A stretch of DNA of 64,000 nt from Bacteriovoracaceae bacterium (GTDB lineage: Bacteria; Bdellovibrionota; Bacteriovoracia; Bacteriovoracales; Bacteriovoracaceae), in assembly GCA_018649885.1 (NCBI GenBank), contig JABIHA010000036.1:1-64000 (forward strand), written 5' to 3'. Every line of letters starts with the position of its first letter. Position 1 is the stretch's first letter. A program made the translations under genes and the position numbers. The notes beneath the pieces are model-generated. The model saw only the letters and a list, made by a program, of their open reading frames with translations. It had not been told where the DNA came from and searched no databases. This document shows, in pieces, positions 10,340 through 20,230 of this stretch.

Positions 10340-10975
10340 ATGAGAGAAGTAAATTTAATGTTAAGTGTATTGCTGTTATTAATCACAGGTGCAGCGGGTG
10401 CTGATGTCTTTGGGTGGGATCCAGACGATGTTGATCCAGGAGAAGTTACGCTGGGTACTCCAAGCCTCAGGGGAACTGGTTGTTCGGCTGGAACTACCGA
10501 TGTGGCCATTAGCACAGACGGTACAGTTTTATCTGTTTTATTTGATGACTTTGTCGTTGAGGCCGGTGGGTCTATTGGCAGGACCATTGCCAGAAAAGGC
10601 TGTAGTATGGCGATTCCTGTTCACGTTCCACAGGGATACTCTGTTTCACTTATTACAATTGATTACCTAGGTTTTAATTCACTGCCTAGACGTGCCTCTG
10701 CAAAGCTTTCAGTTAGCCACTTTTTTGCTGGTAAAAGAGGACAACGTTTCACCAAAAATTTTCGCTCCGGAACAGAAGATGAGTACATGCTATCCACTGA
10801 ATTTGTAAATGGACACAATGTTTGGTCTGCTTGTGGAAAAGATGTCATCTTGAGAACAAAGACATCTCTCATGCTTAGAAATAGCAATAGAAATATTGAA
10901 GCCATATCAACTGTTGACTCAGTAGATTTAACTTCAGGCCTAATGTACAAACTTTCTTGGAAAAGATGTAGATAA
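10340..10975 (+). CDS. DUF4360-family secreted protein
   Basis: Signal peptide; GTGCSAG, LFDDF, ARKGC, VPQGYS, WSACG, STVDSVD motifs. Confidence 0.85.
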   Translation: MREVNLMLSVLLLLITGAAGADVFGWDPDDVDPGEVTLGTPSLRGTGCSAGTTDVAISTDGTVLSVLFDDFVVEAGGSIGRTIARKGCSMAIPVHVPQGYSVSLITIDYLGFNSLPRRASAKLSVSHFFAGKRGQRFTKNFRSGTEDEYMLSTEFVNGHNVWSACGKDVILRTKTSLMLRNSNRNIEAISTVDSVDLTSGLMYKLSWKRCR

Positions 10976-10980
10976 TACTT

Positions 10981-11016
10981 GCGGGGCCATGTTGAAAGAC
11001 AAGGCCCGCTATTTTT
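10981..11016 (+). terminator. Probable intrinsic terminator
   Basis: GCGGGGCC..GGCCCGC imperfect stem followed by a T-tract, between convergent genes. Confidence 0.55.
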
Positions 11017-11426
11017 TAAGCGGCAAATTTTATATTTAAATGTTCTTCTAATTGGCATTTGATGGGATTGAGAATTTTTGAAACAGGACCTTGTTTAGAT
11101 TCTGGATGTAATGCAAAATCAGTAGCAATTTTTGATACAAAGTCTATATCTTCAGTAAAAATAATTATTGGGGTTTCCATATTAATACTATAAAACTGCC
11201 TTTGGTTTTTTATATATTCTTCACCGTCAAAGCTAGAAGGAAGCATTGGGTCTATCACGACTAAAGAATAGACCTTTTCCTTGCACAGCTGAATCGCCTC
11301 ATCTTTATGATAACAATGATGGATGGTGGCCCCAAATTCCCTTTCGAGAAGAAATTCTAAATCCTGGTGTACTCTTTCGTCTTCATCAATGATTAAAATC
11401 TCAATATTACTCATTAGGCTCTCCAC
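11016..11426 (-). CDS. Response regulator receiver-like protein (atypical)
   Basis: ILIIDED, VVIDPMLP, PIIIFT; likely start at 11414. Confidence 0.75.
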   Translation of the reverse strand: MESLMSNIEILIIDEDERVHQDLEFLLEREFGATIHHCYHKDEAIQLCKEKVYSLVVIDPMLPSSFDGEEYIKNQRQFYSINMETPIIIFTEDIDFVSKIATDFALHPESKQGPVSKILNPIKCQLEEHLNIKFAA

Positions 11427-11501
11427 TGATCCAAATACTGATCGGTAAACTCAGGTATTAAATTGAGCCAAATTTTGATGATTTTTATCTCTCAATGAAA
11501 A

Positions 11502-12380
11502 CTATTTAAAGGATTCAATCACTACTGTTCCAATAGAAAATAGTAGCGCCAAGCTCGAAAACTTTGCTATTTCAAGCGCATTAACAGATTTAGACGACTT
11601 CACTCCGAAAGATATCCCCATAAACATCCCCACACTTAAACCAACTCCGTGGGCAATATTGGCGATAGGACCCATTAACCCAAATAAACAAAGAAAGTAC
11701 CAGCCGACCATCATGTACACATCTTTTTGAGGAAGAGAATATTTGGCACTCTGGTTAAACCTCTTGTACATCCAAATATGACCAAGCAGAGCATAAACTA
11801 CCCCGCTCATCCCCCCAAACATTGGGCCTTTGACAAAATATTGAGAAAGATTAGATAACACACCTGATAAGATCACAAGGATTGTAAAGTAACCACTTCC
11901 TTTTTCCGCCTCGATAATACTCCCAAGATCTTTTAACCAAAGTAGATTAAATAAAATGTGCATAAAATTAAAATGAATCAAAATAGGAGTAATAATCCTC
12001 CAGAATTCACCGCTTAATAATAAATCAAGCGTGCCCCCGGGCCCATTTGATATCATTAAAAAAAGATAAATATCATCATCTCCAAATTTCCAAAAAACAA
12101 AGATAAGAAGGCTTAGAGCTATCAATATTTTCGAGACAAAGCCCAGAGGAGTTCTTTGAATTTTTTTCCACTCTGGATCAATTTCCATAGGACGCTTTAT
12201 TCCCATGACCATTTCATAATAGCCACGGGCCTTTGCAAATGATTCTCTGTCTTCGACATAGAGCTGAAATACATTCTCAGAAGCAACAAAGTGTTGACCA
12301 CAGACGATCCCCTGCTTTGTCAACTCGTTGACCATTTCCTGGGCCATGACCTTATCTCGAATTTCTCCAAAAATGAACAA
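11502..12380 (-). CDS. glpG: Rhomboid intramembrane serine protease (GlpG-like)
   Basis: WRIITP, HILFNLLWL, GMSG, NIAHGVG motifs. Confidence 0.85.
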   Translation of the reverse strand: MFIFGEIRDKVMAQEMVNELTKQGIVCGQHFVASENVFQLYVEDRESFAKARGYYEMVMGIKRPMEIDPEWKKIQRTPLGFVSKILIALSLLIFVFWKFGDDDIYLFLMISNGPGGTLDLLLSGEFWRIITPILIHFNFMHILFNLLWLKDLGSIIEAEKGSGYFTILVILSGVLSNLSQYFVKGPMFGGMSGVVYALLGHIWMYKRFNQSAKYSLPQKDVYMMVGWYFLCLFGLMGPIANIAHGVGLSVGMFMGISFGVKSSKSVNALEIAKFSSLALLFSIGTVVIESFK

Positions 12381-12396
12381 GGCGGATTACCTTTAT

Positions 12397-12762
12397 TTAG
12401 AATTCTACGTTAACGAATTGCTGCGAGTCCTCTCCAAAAGTAATTTCCCACACATCTCCACTCCTCTTAACGAATCCATAAACTGAATCTTTAAGAGAAG
12501 ATTGCTGATAGCTTACTTCTTTTAAGTTGCCTTTGACACAGTTTTTTCCTATCAGCTGAAGGTGAAATTTTTTCTGATCTATTTCATCTTTTGTGATGGG
12601 TGCTGGAACTAACTCTAACTGATGACAATCAAAAATTGACTTAGACTTTATCACCACACCTAAGTCATCACCAATCGAGAGCTCATCAATAGGTAAAATA
12701 AAAATATCTGATGCCATTGAGGTAGCAACAAAAGAGAAAAAACATAATAAGTATTTAGTCAT
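12397..12762 (-). CDS. Secreted hypothetical protein
   Basis: Signal peptide; same strand and 16 bp upstream of the rhomboid gene. Confidence 0.65.
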   Translation of the reverse strand: MTKYLLCFFSFVATSMASDIFILPIDELSIGDDLGVVIKSKSIFDCHQLELVPAPITKDEIDQKKFHLQLIGKNCVKGNLKEVSYQQSSLKDSVYGFVKRSGDVWEITFGEDSQQFVNVEF

Positions 12763-12801
12763 ATAAACTCGCTTTAGTAGTTCTTATATTGTCGATGATC
12801 A

Positions 12802-12817
12802 AGCATGCCTTATGCCA
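12802..12817 (-). promoter_or_regulatory. Putative sigma-54 promoter
   Basis: Minus strand TGGCAT-AAGGC-ATGCT, 40 bp upstream of the 12762 start. Confidence 0.55.
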
Positions 12818-12985
12818 CTAGAAAATTTTTCGAGGCCCAATGCACAATTCAAAAGACTTACGGCGCTAAATAAACTTCATTTTTTCTCACTTATTCACAA
12901 GTGCCTCATATGTTACAATTTCGTAAGTACTGCGCGAACCGGAGAATAGATTATAAGTACCAATGAGAATCCGTCAGATATAAAC

Positions 12986-13624
12986 ATGATTGATATCGTC
13001 CATCTCGATGATAGCAAGTTTATACTCAAGGCCTATCGTGGACGTCTTTCTCAATACGGGTATAACTGCCACTGCGTATTAACTGTTGAAGAGTGTTTTG
13101 AGAAGCTTCAAAGCGTAGATGCAAAGTGCGTCCTCATTGACTATGAAATGCCTGAGATGGAAGGCCCTGATGTGGCGAGGATGCTAAAGCTTGATAAAAG
13201 GTTCAGAAATATTCCCATCCTGATCCTTACTTCAAGTGAAAAAAGAGAGTCGCTACTAAAAGCAATCTATAGTGGGGCAGATGATTTTATCAACAAAGAA
13301 ATAGATATCGAAATTTTGGCCTGCAAAATCAATGCTAGTATCAGACACACTGAGCTTCTTGAAAAAGCAGCTGAACTTGAAAGATTTGTCACTGCCAATG
13401 CCATGGTTACAACCTACTGCCATGAAATTAGAAATCCTTTAACGATAGCCCTGTGCATGCTGGGGCAAAAACATGAAAACTTTCTGCCCGCAAAATACAA
13501 GTCTACAAAAGATGCTCTGATCAGAATAAGTGAAGTCTTAAAGCGCCTCGAAAAAATTTCAACTGTAGAAATTAATTTCGAAAGCTATGATGAAGATTTG
13601 CAAATGGTCTCAATCAAAAAATAG
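12986..13624 (+). CDS. Response regulator fused to a HisKA dimerisation/phosphoacceptor domain
   Basis: REC domain (LDD, IDYEMP, GADDFINK) then CHEIRNPL; no ATPase domain. Confidence 0.8.
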   Translation: MIDIVHLDDSKFILKAYRGRLSQYGYNCHCVLTVEECFEKLQSVDAKCVLIDYEMPEMEGPDVARMLKLDKRFRNIPILILTSSEKRESLLKAIYSGADDFINKEIDIEILACKINASIRHTELLEKAAELERFVTANAMVTTYCHEIRNPLTIALCMLGQKHENFLPAKYKSTKDALIRISEVLKRLEKISTVEINFESYDEDLQMVSIKK

Positions 13625-13785
13625 TTTTGTCTTGAAAATTTAATACTATATTCATTTTTGCTGCCCCAAATGAGTTTTTGCAACGGAAAGTTCTTCCATC
13701 ACAATTCATCCTAAGCTAAATCATTTAACTGCCCCATTAACATTTGCGAATAACCCTCCAGTTGATAAATAAATTGGAGAATATT

Positions 13786-15378
13786 ATGAAAGCAATTCTT
13801 TTTATCTATGCCATTTTAATTATGGATTCACAGGCCGCTGCAGACATCAAACATCTTCGAGTAGTCTTTGATGAAAACCCATCAAATAGTGCAAAGATAA
13901 TTTTCACCACTACTGGAAATTCAAATTCCAGCTATATCTATTTTGATGAAAATATGCAAAATGGTAGATTCGAAAAATACCAAGGAAAAGCTCAAGTATC
14001 TCAATTGACTAAATACAGAGGTTCAAGAGAATATGCCAACTCTGTAGAACTCACAAAGCTGAAGGCAAATACTAACTACTATTTCATTATCTCATTGGAT
14101 GATGTTACTACAAAAGAATACTACTTTAGAACTGCACCTGGAAAAGGTGCCAGCTTTAAATTACTATTTGGTGGGGATAGCCGCTCAGACCGTGACAAGC
14201 GGCAGCATATGAACAAACTATTAAGAAATGTATTTGAAGAGCATGATGACATATACGCACTAGTGCACGGTGGTGATTACGTGGCCAATGGAAGAAGTTA
14301 TCGGCAGTGGGAAAAGTGGCTTTCAGATTATCGCCTCACCACTAGATCGGATGGGCGTCTACTTCCCATCGTTCCAACAAGAGGAAATCATGAGACTTCT
14401 ACTCAAATGTACAATGCCATATTCTCAACACCTGGAGGATCGGGAAATTATTTTCTTACAAGTTTTGGTGATCTAGCACTTCTTACTCTTAACACAGAAA
14501 TTAATCACTCCGGAACACAAAGAAATTGGCTAGAAGCTAACCTAAACGAGGCTTCAAAAAACTACCTCTTTTTGGCCGCCAACTATCACAGGCCGGCCTT
14601 CCCAGCCGTGAAAACTCCAGGCAAGGCGCTTACTGCTTGGGTTCCACTTTTTGACAAATATGGCCTTGACATTGCTTTTGAGTCAGATGGGCACGCACTT
14701 AAAAGGACTCTTCCCATAAAAAATGGAGAGCATCATGAAAGAGGTACCATTTATGTGGGAGAAGGTGGGCTTGGAGTCCCATTGAGGTCACCTGTCCATG
14801 GAGAAAAATGGTATTTTCAAACGCCTGGTTACGTAGATGCAGTTCATCACATTCAACTTCTAGAGGTAAAACCAAGTGGGCTAAACTACACTGTGGTTGA
14901 TGATCAGAACCGGATCTACGATAGTCTGCAAATCCATTCAAAAAATAGAAACAGAAATATCCATCACCTGACTGAAGCCAAATATTTAAAAAACTTAGGT
15001 ACCAAAACCTGCATCGGATTTCAAAAAGGTGAGAGAAGTCCGGCATTTCACCAAGTATGCGAGAAGAAGTATGAGCAAGCAATTGAATTGATCAGTGGCG
15101 ATAATGACCAGTTTCTTTTGAGAAATAAAGATATGAGATGTTTAGCAAAAAGTTTTTTCAGAGGATTTTACTTCGACAGGTGCTATTCCAAAAATGTTCA
15201 ATCCTTTACACTCCAAAATCCACAAAGTGATATAAATGGCTTTAAGCTCACCCAGAATAGTCAGAAAAAATGTCTGGAGTTTGAGCAGAGTGGGCAAATC
15301 ATTTCAGGAGCAAGAAGGTTTCATATCAAAATGAAAGGGTGCTCCAGTAAAGACTCACAGATCTTTAGTGTTTTTTGA
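13786..15378 (+). CDS. Purple acid phosphatase-like metallophosphoesterase (FN3 + catalytic + ricin-B-like tail)
   Basis: GGDSR, HGGDY, RGNHE, YHRP, ESDGH motifs; Cys-rich C-terminus; ATG at 13786 after GGAG. Confidence 0.85.
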   Translation: MKAILFIYAILIMDSQAAADIKHLRVVFDENPSNSAKIIFTTTGNSNSSYIYFDENMQNGRFEKYQGKAQVSQLTKYRGSREYANSVELTKLKANTNYYFIISLDDVTTKEYYFRTAPGKGASFKLLFGGDSRSDRDKRQHMNKLLRNVFEEHDDIYALVHGGDYVANGRSYRQWEKWLSDYRLTTRSDGRLLPIVPTRGNHETSTQMYNAIFSTPGGSGNYFLTSFGDLALLTLNTEINHSGTQRNWLEANLNEASKNYLFLAANYHRPAFPAVKTPGKALTAWVPLFDKYGLDIAFESDGHALKRTLPIKNGEHHERGTIYVGEGGLGVPLRSPVHGEKWYFQTPGYVDAVHHIQLLEVKPSGLNYTVVDDQNRIYDSLQIHSKNRNRNIHHLTEAKYLKNLGTKTCIGFQKGERSPAFHQVCEKKYEQAIELISGDNDQFLLRNKDMRCLAKSFFRGFYFDRCYSKNVQSFTLQNPQSDINGFKLTQNSQKKCLEFEQSGQIISGARRFHIKMKGCSSKDSQIFSVF

Positions 15379-15512
15379 ATACTCAGTGTTCCAAAAATAA
15401 CAACGTACACTTTCCATAAATATTTTCCTATTAGGTGCAACATCTATTTAACATTGCGCTAGACCAACAGCGTCCTTTCAGTTATTGATGTACCAATAAC
15501 CATGGGAGAATC

Positions 15513-16724
15513 ATGTTTAAATATTTGTTACCTTTATATTGCCTTATTGGGAGTGGACCAAGTTTCGCTGGGTGGACCCAGTCAGAGGTAGAGCATATAG
15601 CCAGCTACAAAAGCCCATTTAAAAATCCCTACATGGCCACAATCCATAATGGATGCAAAAGAAAAAAGCCTAAGTCGATAGATAACCTTTTAATAGAAGA
15701 ACATGCAAAAATTGAAACCGAAGAATTTAAAAGTGGTTTTATCAATTACAGTAAGGCACTCCAAATAGATAGTGATGGAAACTTTCGTAAATCCCCTGTA
15801 GTGGTGTTCTTGCCTGGGATTTTCACTAATTATGATGATCTCTACGTTAAGAATCTTATCAATCACTTTGGAAGCACAGGCCATCACGTATTAACTTTTC
15901 CCAACCCCTTTGGGAGCTACTACCTTTTGGCAAAACCCAAACATACATTGCCAGATGTAGAGGCCCAGGCTGAGGTTCTTTATACACTCATAAGAAAAAC
16001 TCTTCAAAGTTTGAAAGAAAAGGATTTATTATATCCTGGCCGTGTAAGATTATTTGGTGTTAGTCACGGTGCTTATTTATCAGCACTCATCGGAGCAAGA
16101 GACTTAGTCGATGAAAATCCTATCAAATTTTATGATACAGTACTCATTTCTCCTCCCGCACACATGGGAACGGCCATCAAAAGACTTGATCAAATGATGG
16201 ATGAGACTGCTTCTAAGAAAAAGGTGAAAAGCTACCTATTGGGTTTTAAATTGTGCCAGTTTAAAAAAGAATCAAAAAGATATCTTTCATTTGAAAGAAA
16301 AAAGGCCCATAAAATAAAAGGGTTTGTGGCCCATTTCTTATTCAGAAACTGGCTTGTGGATGCTATTAGTGATTACGCAGATGATGAAATTCAGGTACGT
16401 GAACTTTTAGGGGGAAAGAGTAAAAGAGAAGCTCGTTTCCTAGGTGTAATTAAAGGATCTTTTCCAGATATTGCCGAGAGATTAAATCTTGAAGAGGCCC
16501 ACATCAGATTTTGGCTTCAAATTGCTAAGGACTTAGGTTCAAATGCAATCAAAGTTCTCACTGCAAGAGATGACTTCTTAAATGACCCAGATGCCTGGGA
16601 AGGTGTTCCAGGGGCAATTGTCCTAGAGCACGGAGGTCACGGTGGTTTTATGGAAACAAAGTGGTTTAGAAAACTGCTAAACTTAAACTACATCTTACTT
16701 CCTAGTGAAGTTCAATCGTGGTAG
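15513..16724 (+). CDS. Secreted alpha/beta hydrolase
   Basis: Signal peptide; GVSHG nucleophile elbow; DD and HGGHGGF. Confidence 0.8.
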   Translation: MFKYLLPLYCLIGSGPSFAGWTQSEVEHIASYKSPFKNPYMATIHNGCKRKKPKSIDNLLIEEHAKIETEEFKSGFINYSKALQIDSDGNFRKSPVVVFLPGIFTNYDDLYVKNLINHFGSTGHHVLTFPNPFGSYYLLAKPKHTLPDVEAQAEVLYTLIRKTLQSLKEKDLLYPGRVRLFGVSHGAYLSALIGARDLVDENPIKFYDTVLISPPAHMGTAIKRLDQMMDETASKKKVKSYLLGFKLCQFKKESKRYLSFERKKAHKIKGFVAHFLFRNWLVDAISDYADDEIQVRELLGGKSKREARFLGVIKGSFPDIAERLNLEEAHIRFWLQIAKDLGSNAIKVLTARDDFLNDPDAWEGVPGAIVLEHGGHGGFMETKWFRKLLNLNYILLPSEVQSW

Positions 16725-17793
16725 TAACTCCGAAATGATCAGACAAGGGAGCCTTTCTGCCATTAGGCACAGGGATATCGTGCTTCGTAAACGTTAGGGA
16801 TGAATCAGTGATCGTAAAACTTTTTTGGACAAACTTTCTCCCCACTTTCTCCCCGACCCATAAATAGTCGACTCTTTGCTCGGGATCATCTCGTGTATAC
16901 TTACCTGTTCTTGCTAATAAATTGTCCAACCTATTTAATGTATATGATTGATTAGGATATTCAAACGCCCCTAAGGAATCAACCAGCCCCGTTTTTTTTA
17001 TAAAGTAATCATATAACCTGGCATTGAATAAAAGAGTGTTAATCATTTTGTTTTTGGCATTTTTAAAATGGCCTGAAAAATTAAGGTCCCCTCCAACAAA
17101 CACCAATTCATTGTTGCGTCGAAAATCAAGAAAAGATATCATTCCATCCAGCTGGTTTTGCCTTAAAAGTGTGGCCCTAAAGCTTGTTGGAGCCGTGAGG
17201 TGAGTATTGGCCAAAGTAAGCTCTCTTCCATTTACCCAAAGCCTGCACCAAAGAAGCCCTCTCTGAGTTGAGGATACCCATTCATGTGGCAACAAAATTG
17301 TGCGCTCTCCACCTGTTAAATTTTGATAGGTAGAAAACTGGCAAATGGGCCTTGAAAAGCTCTTTTTCTTTTTAATCAATATTTGAAGTCCATTTGCCCA
17401 AGTCAAATCACTATTTTTTTCAGCTAGTTCATAGCCGTAATCAGTGGCAAATTTCTGAACAGTAAGAAAATTTGGCTTCCCCCATAGCTCCTGGATAAAG
17501 ATCATATCAGGAGTTTTTCTATTTTTATGAATCAAAAGCTTTTGGTAAAGCGCCTTTGCCCTTGCGCTGTAATAAGGCACACTAACATATCCCATAACAG
17601 TGTTAAGCATTCCCACATTTATTGTGGTGACTTTCAACTTGTACTTTAATTGATTTTTCTGAAATTTATGAGTTAGCTCAAGGTTTCTCTGATTTTGATT
17701 AGCTACCAAGAAGTCCCAGTTATCTGATTCATAACAATAAATATCACCACTTAAGAAAAATAAAACTAGTGATAATGTACACAGTATTTTCAT
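16702..17793 (-). CDS. Endonuclease/exonuclease/phosphatase (sphingomyelinase-like) family, secreted
   Basis: IQE, NTHL, GGDLN, RVDY, SDHFGV motifs; start refined to MKILC. Confidence 0.85.
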   Translation of the reverse strand: MKILCTLSLVLFFLSGDIYCYESDNWDFLVANQNQRNLELTHKFQKNQLKYKLKVTTINVGMLNTVMGYVSVPYYSARAKALYQKLLIHKNRKTPDMIFIQELWGKPNFLTVQKFATDYGYELAEKNSDLTWANGLQILIKKKKSFSRPICQFSTYQNLTGGERTILLPHEWVSSTQRGLLWCRLWVNGRELTLANTHLTAPTSFRATLLRQNQLDGMISFLDFRRNNELVFVGGDLNFSGHFKNAKNKMINTLLFNARLYDYFIKKTGLVDSLGAFEYPNQSYTLNRLDNLLARTGKYTRDDPEQRVDYLWVGEKVGRKFVQKSFTITDSSLTFTKHDIPVPNGRKAPLSDHFGVTTTIELH

Positions 17794-17999
17794 CAAATTA
17801 GCTCCTTTTTCATAAATTGCTATCATAGAACTGGGGTCCCATTTCATTTGAAAACTTAAACTGTACTCTTTGAATGTTTATTTCAAGGTACAAAGCCCTA
17901 TAAATTTTTTAGTAGAAGGGGTATTAAACTGGATACCATTGCGATGCGTCATTTCGTGTGATATGAAACACCCATACAAAATGTTCTGAGGAGGACAAA

Positions 18000-19142
18000 A
18001 TGAAATCGTGCACTTGCCTGCTTTTATTAGCAGCTCTTCTGGCGTCACATGCCCACGCCAATATTTCACAACTGGGTGTAACTCTACTTAAATGCCAAGA
18101 TAACGCCCCTGCTCTTATGGCCTATAAAAATATCGAAATTGGTGAGACAGGCGGTGATGAATATAAAATACTCGCTCGCCAGCTTAAAGCTGCTGCCAAA
18201 TCTGCACCTATCAGGGTCGCCTATATAAGACAGATCACAGACGAATTTAAAAAAGCTTCTGTAGAAGTAGAAAGTCGCATCGTCTTCACTGACTCTGACA
18301 TTGAAATATCCGATATTCGCTACCAATCTCAAATAGTTCCCAACTGTAAATTTAAGGCACTATCCGAGCAAGGCCCAAATGATCTTATATTGGTTAATAG
18401 AGGTCTATGGAATCAACTCTCAGCAAATTATAAAGCTGGTGCAATGGCCCAAATGGCCCTCACAAAAATTGCCCTTAAAAATGGTCATCCTCACGGTGAA
18501 AAAATAGAAAGCTTTGTGGCCGATCTAGCAGGGGAAAAATTTAAAGACCTTACAAGATTAGAGTTTATAAAATACGTGAAAGATCTTGATCTGCTACTAG
18601 ATATTTCAGACATAGGTAGCGCAGGTCATGGATGCTCACTTGAATACGATCAAAAAATCAAAGGAAGAGAAGATGTCTATGCCGGAGCCTCTCTAGCAAT
18701 AACAGCAATGGGCTCACCTGCGGCCATCGTAGGGCTAGGCTCTATGTGTGGAGATGAGTGCAGTGATACTTGGAGTAGACGTATTGAGGCAAATGATCCC
18801 AAGATGTATCAATTCTTAAAGCATGATGCCTACCTACTTATAGCTGGAGAAGGGGCATTGCTCTTAACCTATGGCGCTGATACCATCATTCACACACGTT
18901 TTATCAGAATGAAAAAATTGTTAGCAGAAGCTTCTGTTGGCGATACTAACGGAAAACGCATAAAGAGATTATTCAGGAAGCTAAGAAAAGCAGGCGTCGA
19001 TTTAGAAATGGATTTTCTCATAGATACCATCAATGATCTCAACTATGGCCAAAAGGCCTTCTGTGATGGATCTTTAGTTGATTCTGAAAAAGAAAGAGAA
19101 CTCGCAACAATGAGTGATTTTGTAAAATATCTTTCAAAATAA
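18000..19142 (+). CDS. Secreted two-domain hypothetical protein with hydrophobic hairpin
   Basis: GAGGAG RBS, signal peptide; C-terminal GC..Y / hydrophobic stretch / FC..F..YL module. Confidence 0.75.
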   Translation: MKSCTCLLLLAALLASHAHANISQLGVTLLKCQDNAPALMAYKNIEIGETGGDEYKILARQLKAAAKSAPIRVAYIRQITDEFKKASVEVESRIVFTDSDIEISDIRYQSQIVPNCKFKALSEQGPNDLILVNRGLWNQLSANYKAGAMAQMALTKIALKNGHPHGEKIESFVADLAGEKFKDLTRLEFIKYVKDLDLLLDISDIGSAGHGCSLEYDQKIKGREDVYAGASLAITAMGSPAAIVGLGSMCGDECSDTWSRRIEANDPKMYQFLKHDAYLLIAGEGALLLTYGADTIIHTRFIRMKKLLAEASVGDTNGKRIKRLFRKLRKAGVDLEMDFLIDTINDLNYGQKAFCDGSLVDSEKERELATMSDFVKYLSK

Positions 19143-19303
19143 TATGAAAAATGGTGTTTCCTGGATTCCAGTTTCTTAGGAACAAGATGAAATGAAACAC
19201 TTTTTATCCAACCTATATGTAATTCTTACATTTGCTAATGTCTGATGGTTCAAAACAATGCTTTGTTCAGGTGATTAAGACAATCGTTAATGCCTAACCC
19301 CCA

Positions 19304-20194
19304 ATGGAGCAAAAAATGAACCCCAGTTTCAAATTTATTCTTCCAGCTATAATCGCTGTACTTTCTATTAACACTGTATTTGCAAAGATTTATTCAGCAA
19401 ATGAAGACCTATTCACAACTTATAGAAAAGATTTAACCACAAGAACTCTAAATGAAGATGGTTATTACAGCAAACGAGCTAAAACAGCTCAGGAAGTAGA
19501 TCAAGAAAACTTAGCGCATATAAGTAAATTCATCGCAGAAGATGTAGACACAATGGAAGACAATGCCAAAATGAGAGCAAAGTTTTTGAACCCCGATGTT
19601 GGAATTGAAGTCATTACCACCTTAAATGGCCACCCAGTTGTTTCAATGTATCAATACGCTCAGTACGACCCAGAAAACCGTGGAATTGGTTTTTGTTTTG
19701 GCCGAGCAATGTTTGTAAATGTAGAACTGGCAATGAAAGGTTTTGACCGAGATAGTATCAAAAAGGCCTTTGTTGTTGGTAGCATGCAGACAGGAGACGG
19801 TAATAGTTGGGGATGGCACGTTACGACTATCGCTCAAAGTAAGAATGAAAAAGGCGAAGAAGTTTGGTTGGCACTAGATCCTATAACCACAAGAACTGGG
19901 TATGTTAAGAGAATACTGACAGTCACTGAGTGGTACAAAGAGATGTACAATAAATTCTCAACTGACAAAAAACTCAAAATTTATATTGCTGATGCTGGGA
20001 AGTTTGGCCCTAGCAGTGGGAAGTATCACGAAGAACACATAAAAGATGCTTTCTACAATGATTACTTCAATGACATGATGGATTGGTTTGGCCTAGAAAA
20101 CGTCAAAGGCTCTTATGAAGATAAAATTCTAGAATACGACCCTACAAAAAAAGAAGAAGAAGCTAAAGAAGAAGAAGCTAAAGAAGAAGAATAA
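19304..20194 (+). CDS. Secreted papain-fold Cys-His-Asp enzyme (protein-glutaminase-like)
   Basis: GFCFGRA, WGWHV, LALDP putative triad; signal peptide. Confidence 0.6.
   Translation: MEQKMNPSFKFILPAIIAVLSINTVFAKIYSANEDLFTTYRKDLTTRTLNEDGYYSKRAKTAQEVDQENLAHISKFIAEDVDTMEDNAKMRAKFLNPDVGIEVITTLNGHPVVSMYQYAQYDPENRGIGFCFGRAMFVNVELAMKGFDRDSIKKAFVVGSMQTGDGNSWGWHVTTIAQSKNEKGEEVWLALDPITTRTGYVKRILTVTEWYKEMYNKFSTDKKLKIYIADAGKFGPSSGKYHEEHIKDAFYNDYFNDMMDWFGLENVKGSYEDKILEYDPTKKEEEAKEEEAKEEE
20150..20191 (+). repeat. 15-bp coding tandem repeat (KEEEA) x2.8
   Basis: AAAGAAGAAGAAGCT twice plus AAAGAAGAAGAA. Confidence 0.9.
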
Positions 20195-20200
20195 TTTATA

Positions 20201-20230
20201 TTAGGGGAAAGTAAATTAACTTTCCCCTAA
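20201..20230. terminator. Bidirectional intrinsic terminator
   Basis: TTAGGGGAAAGT-AAATTA-ACTTTCCCCTAA. Confidence 0.8.
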
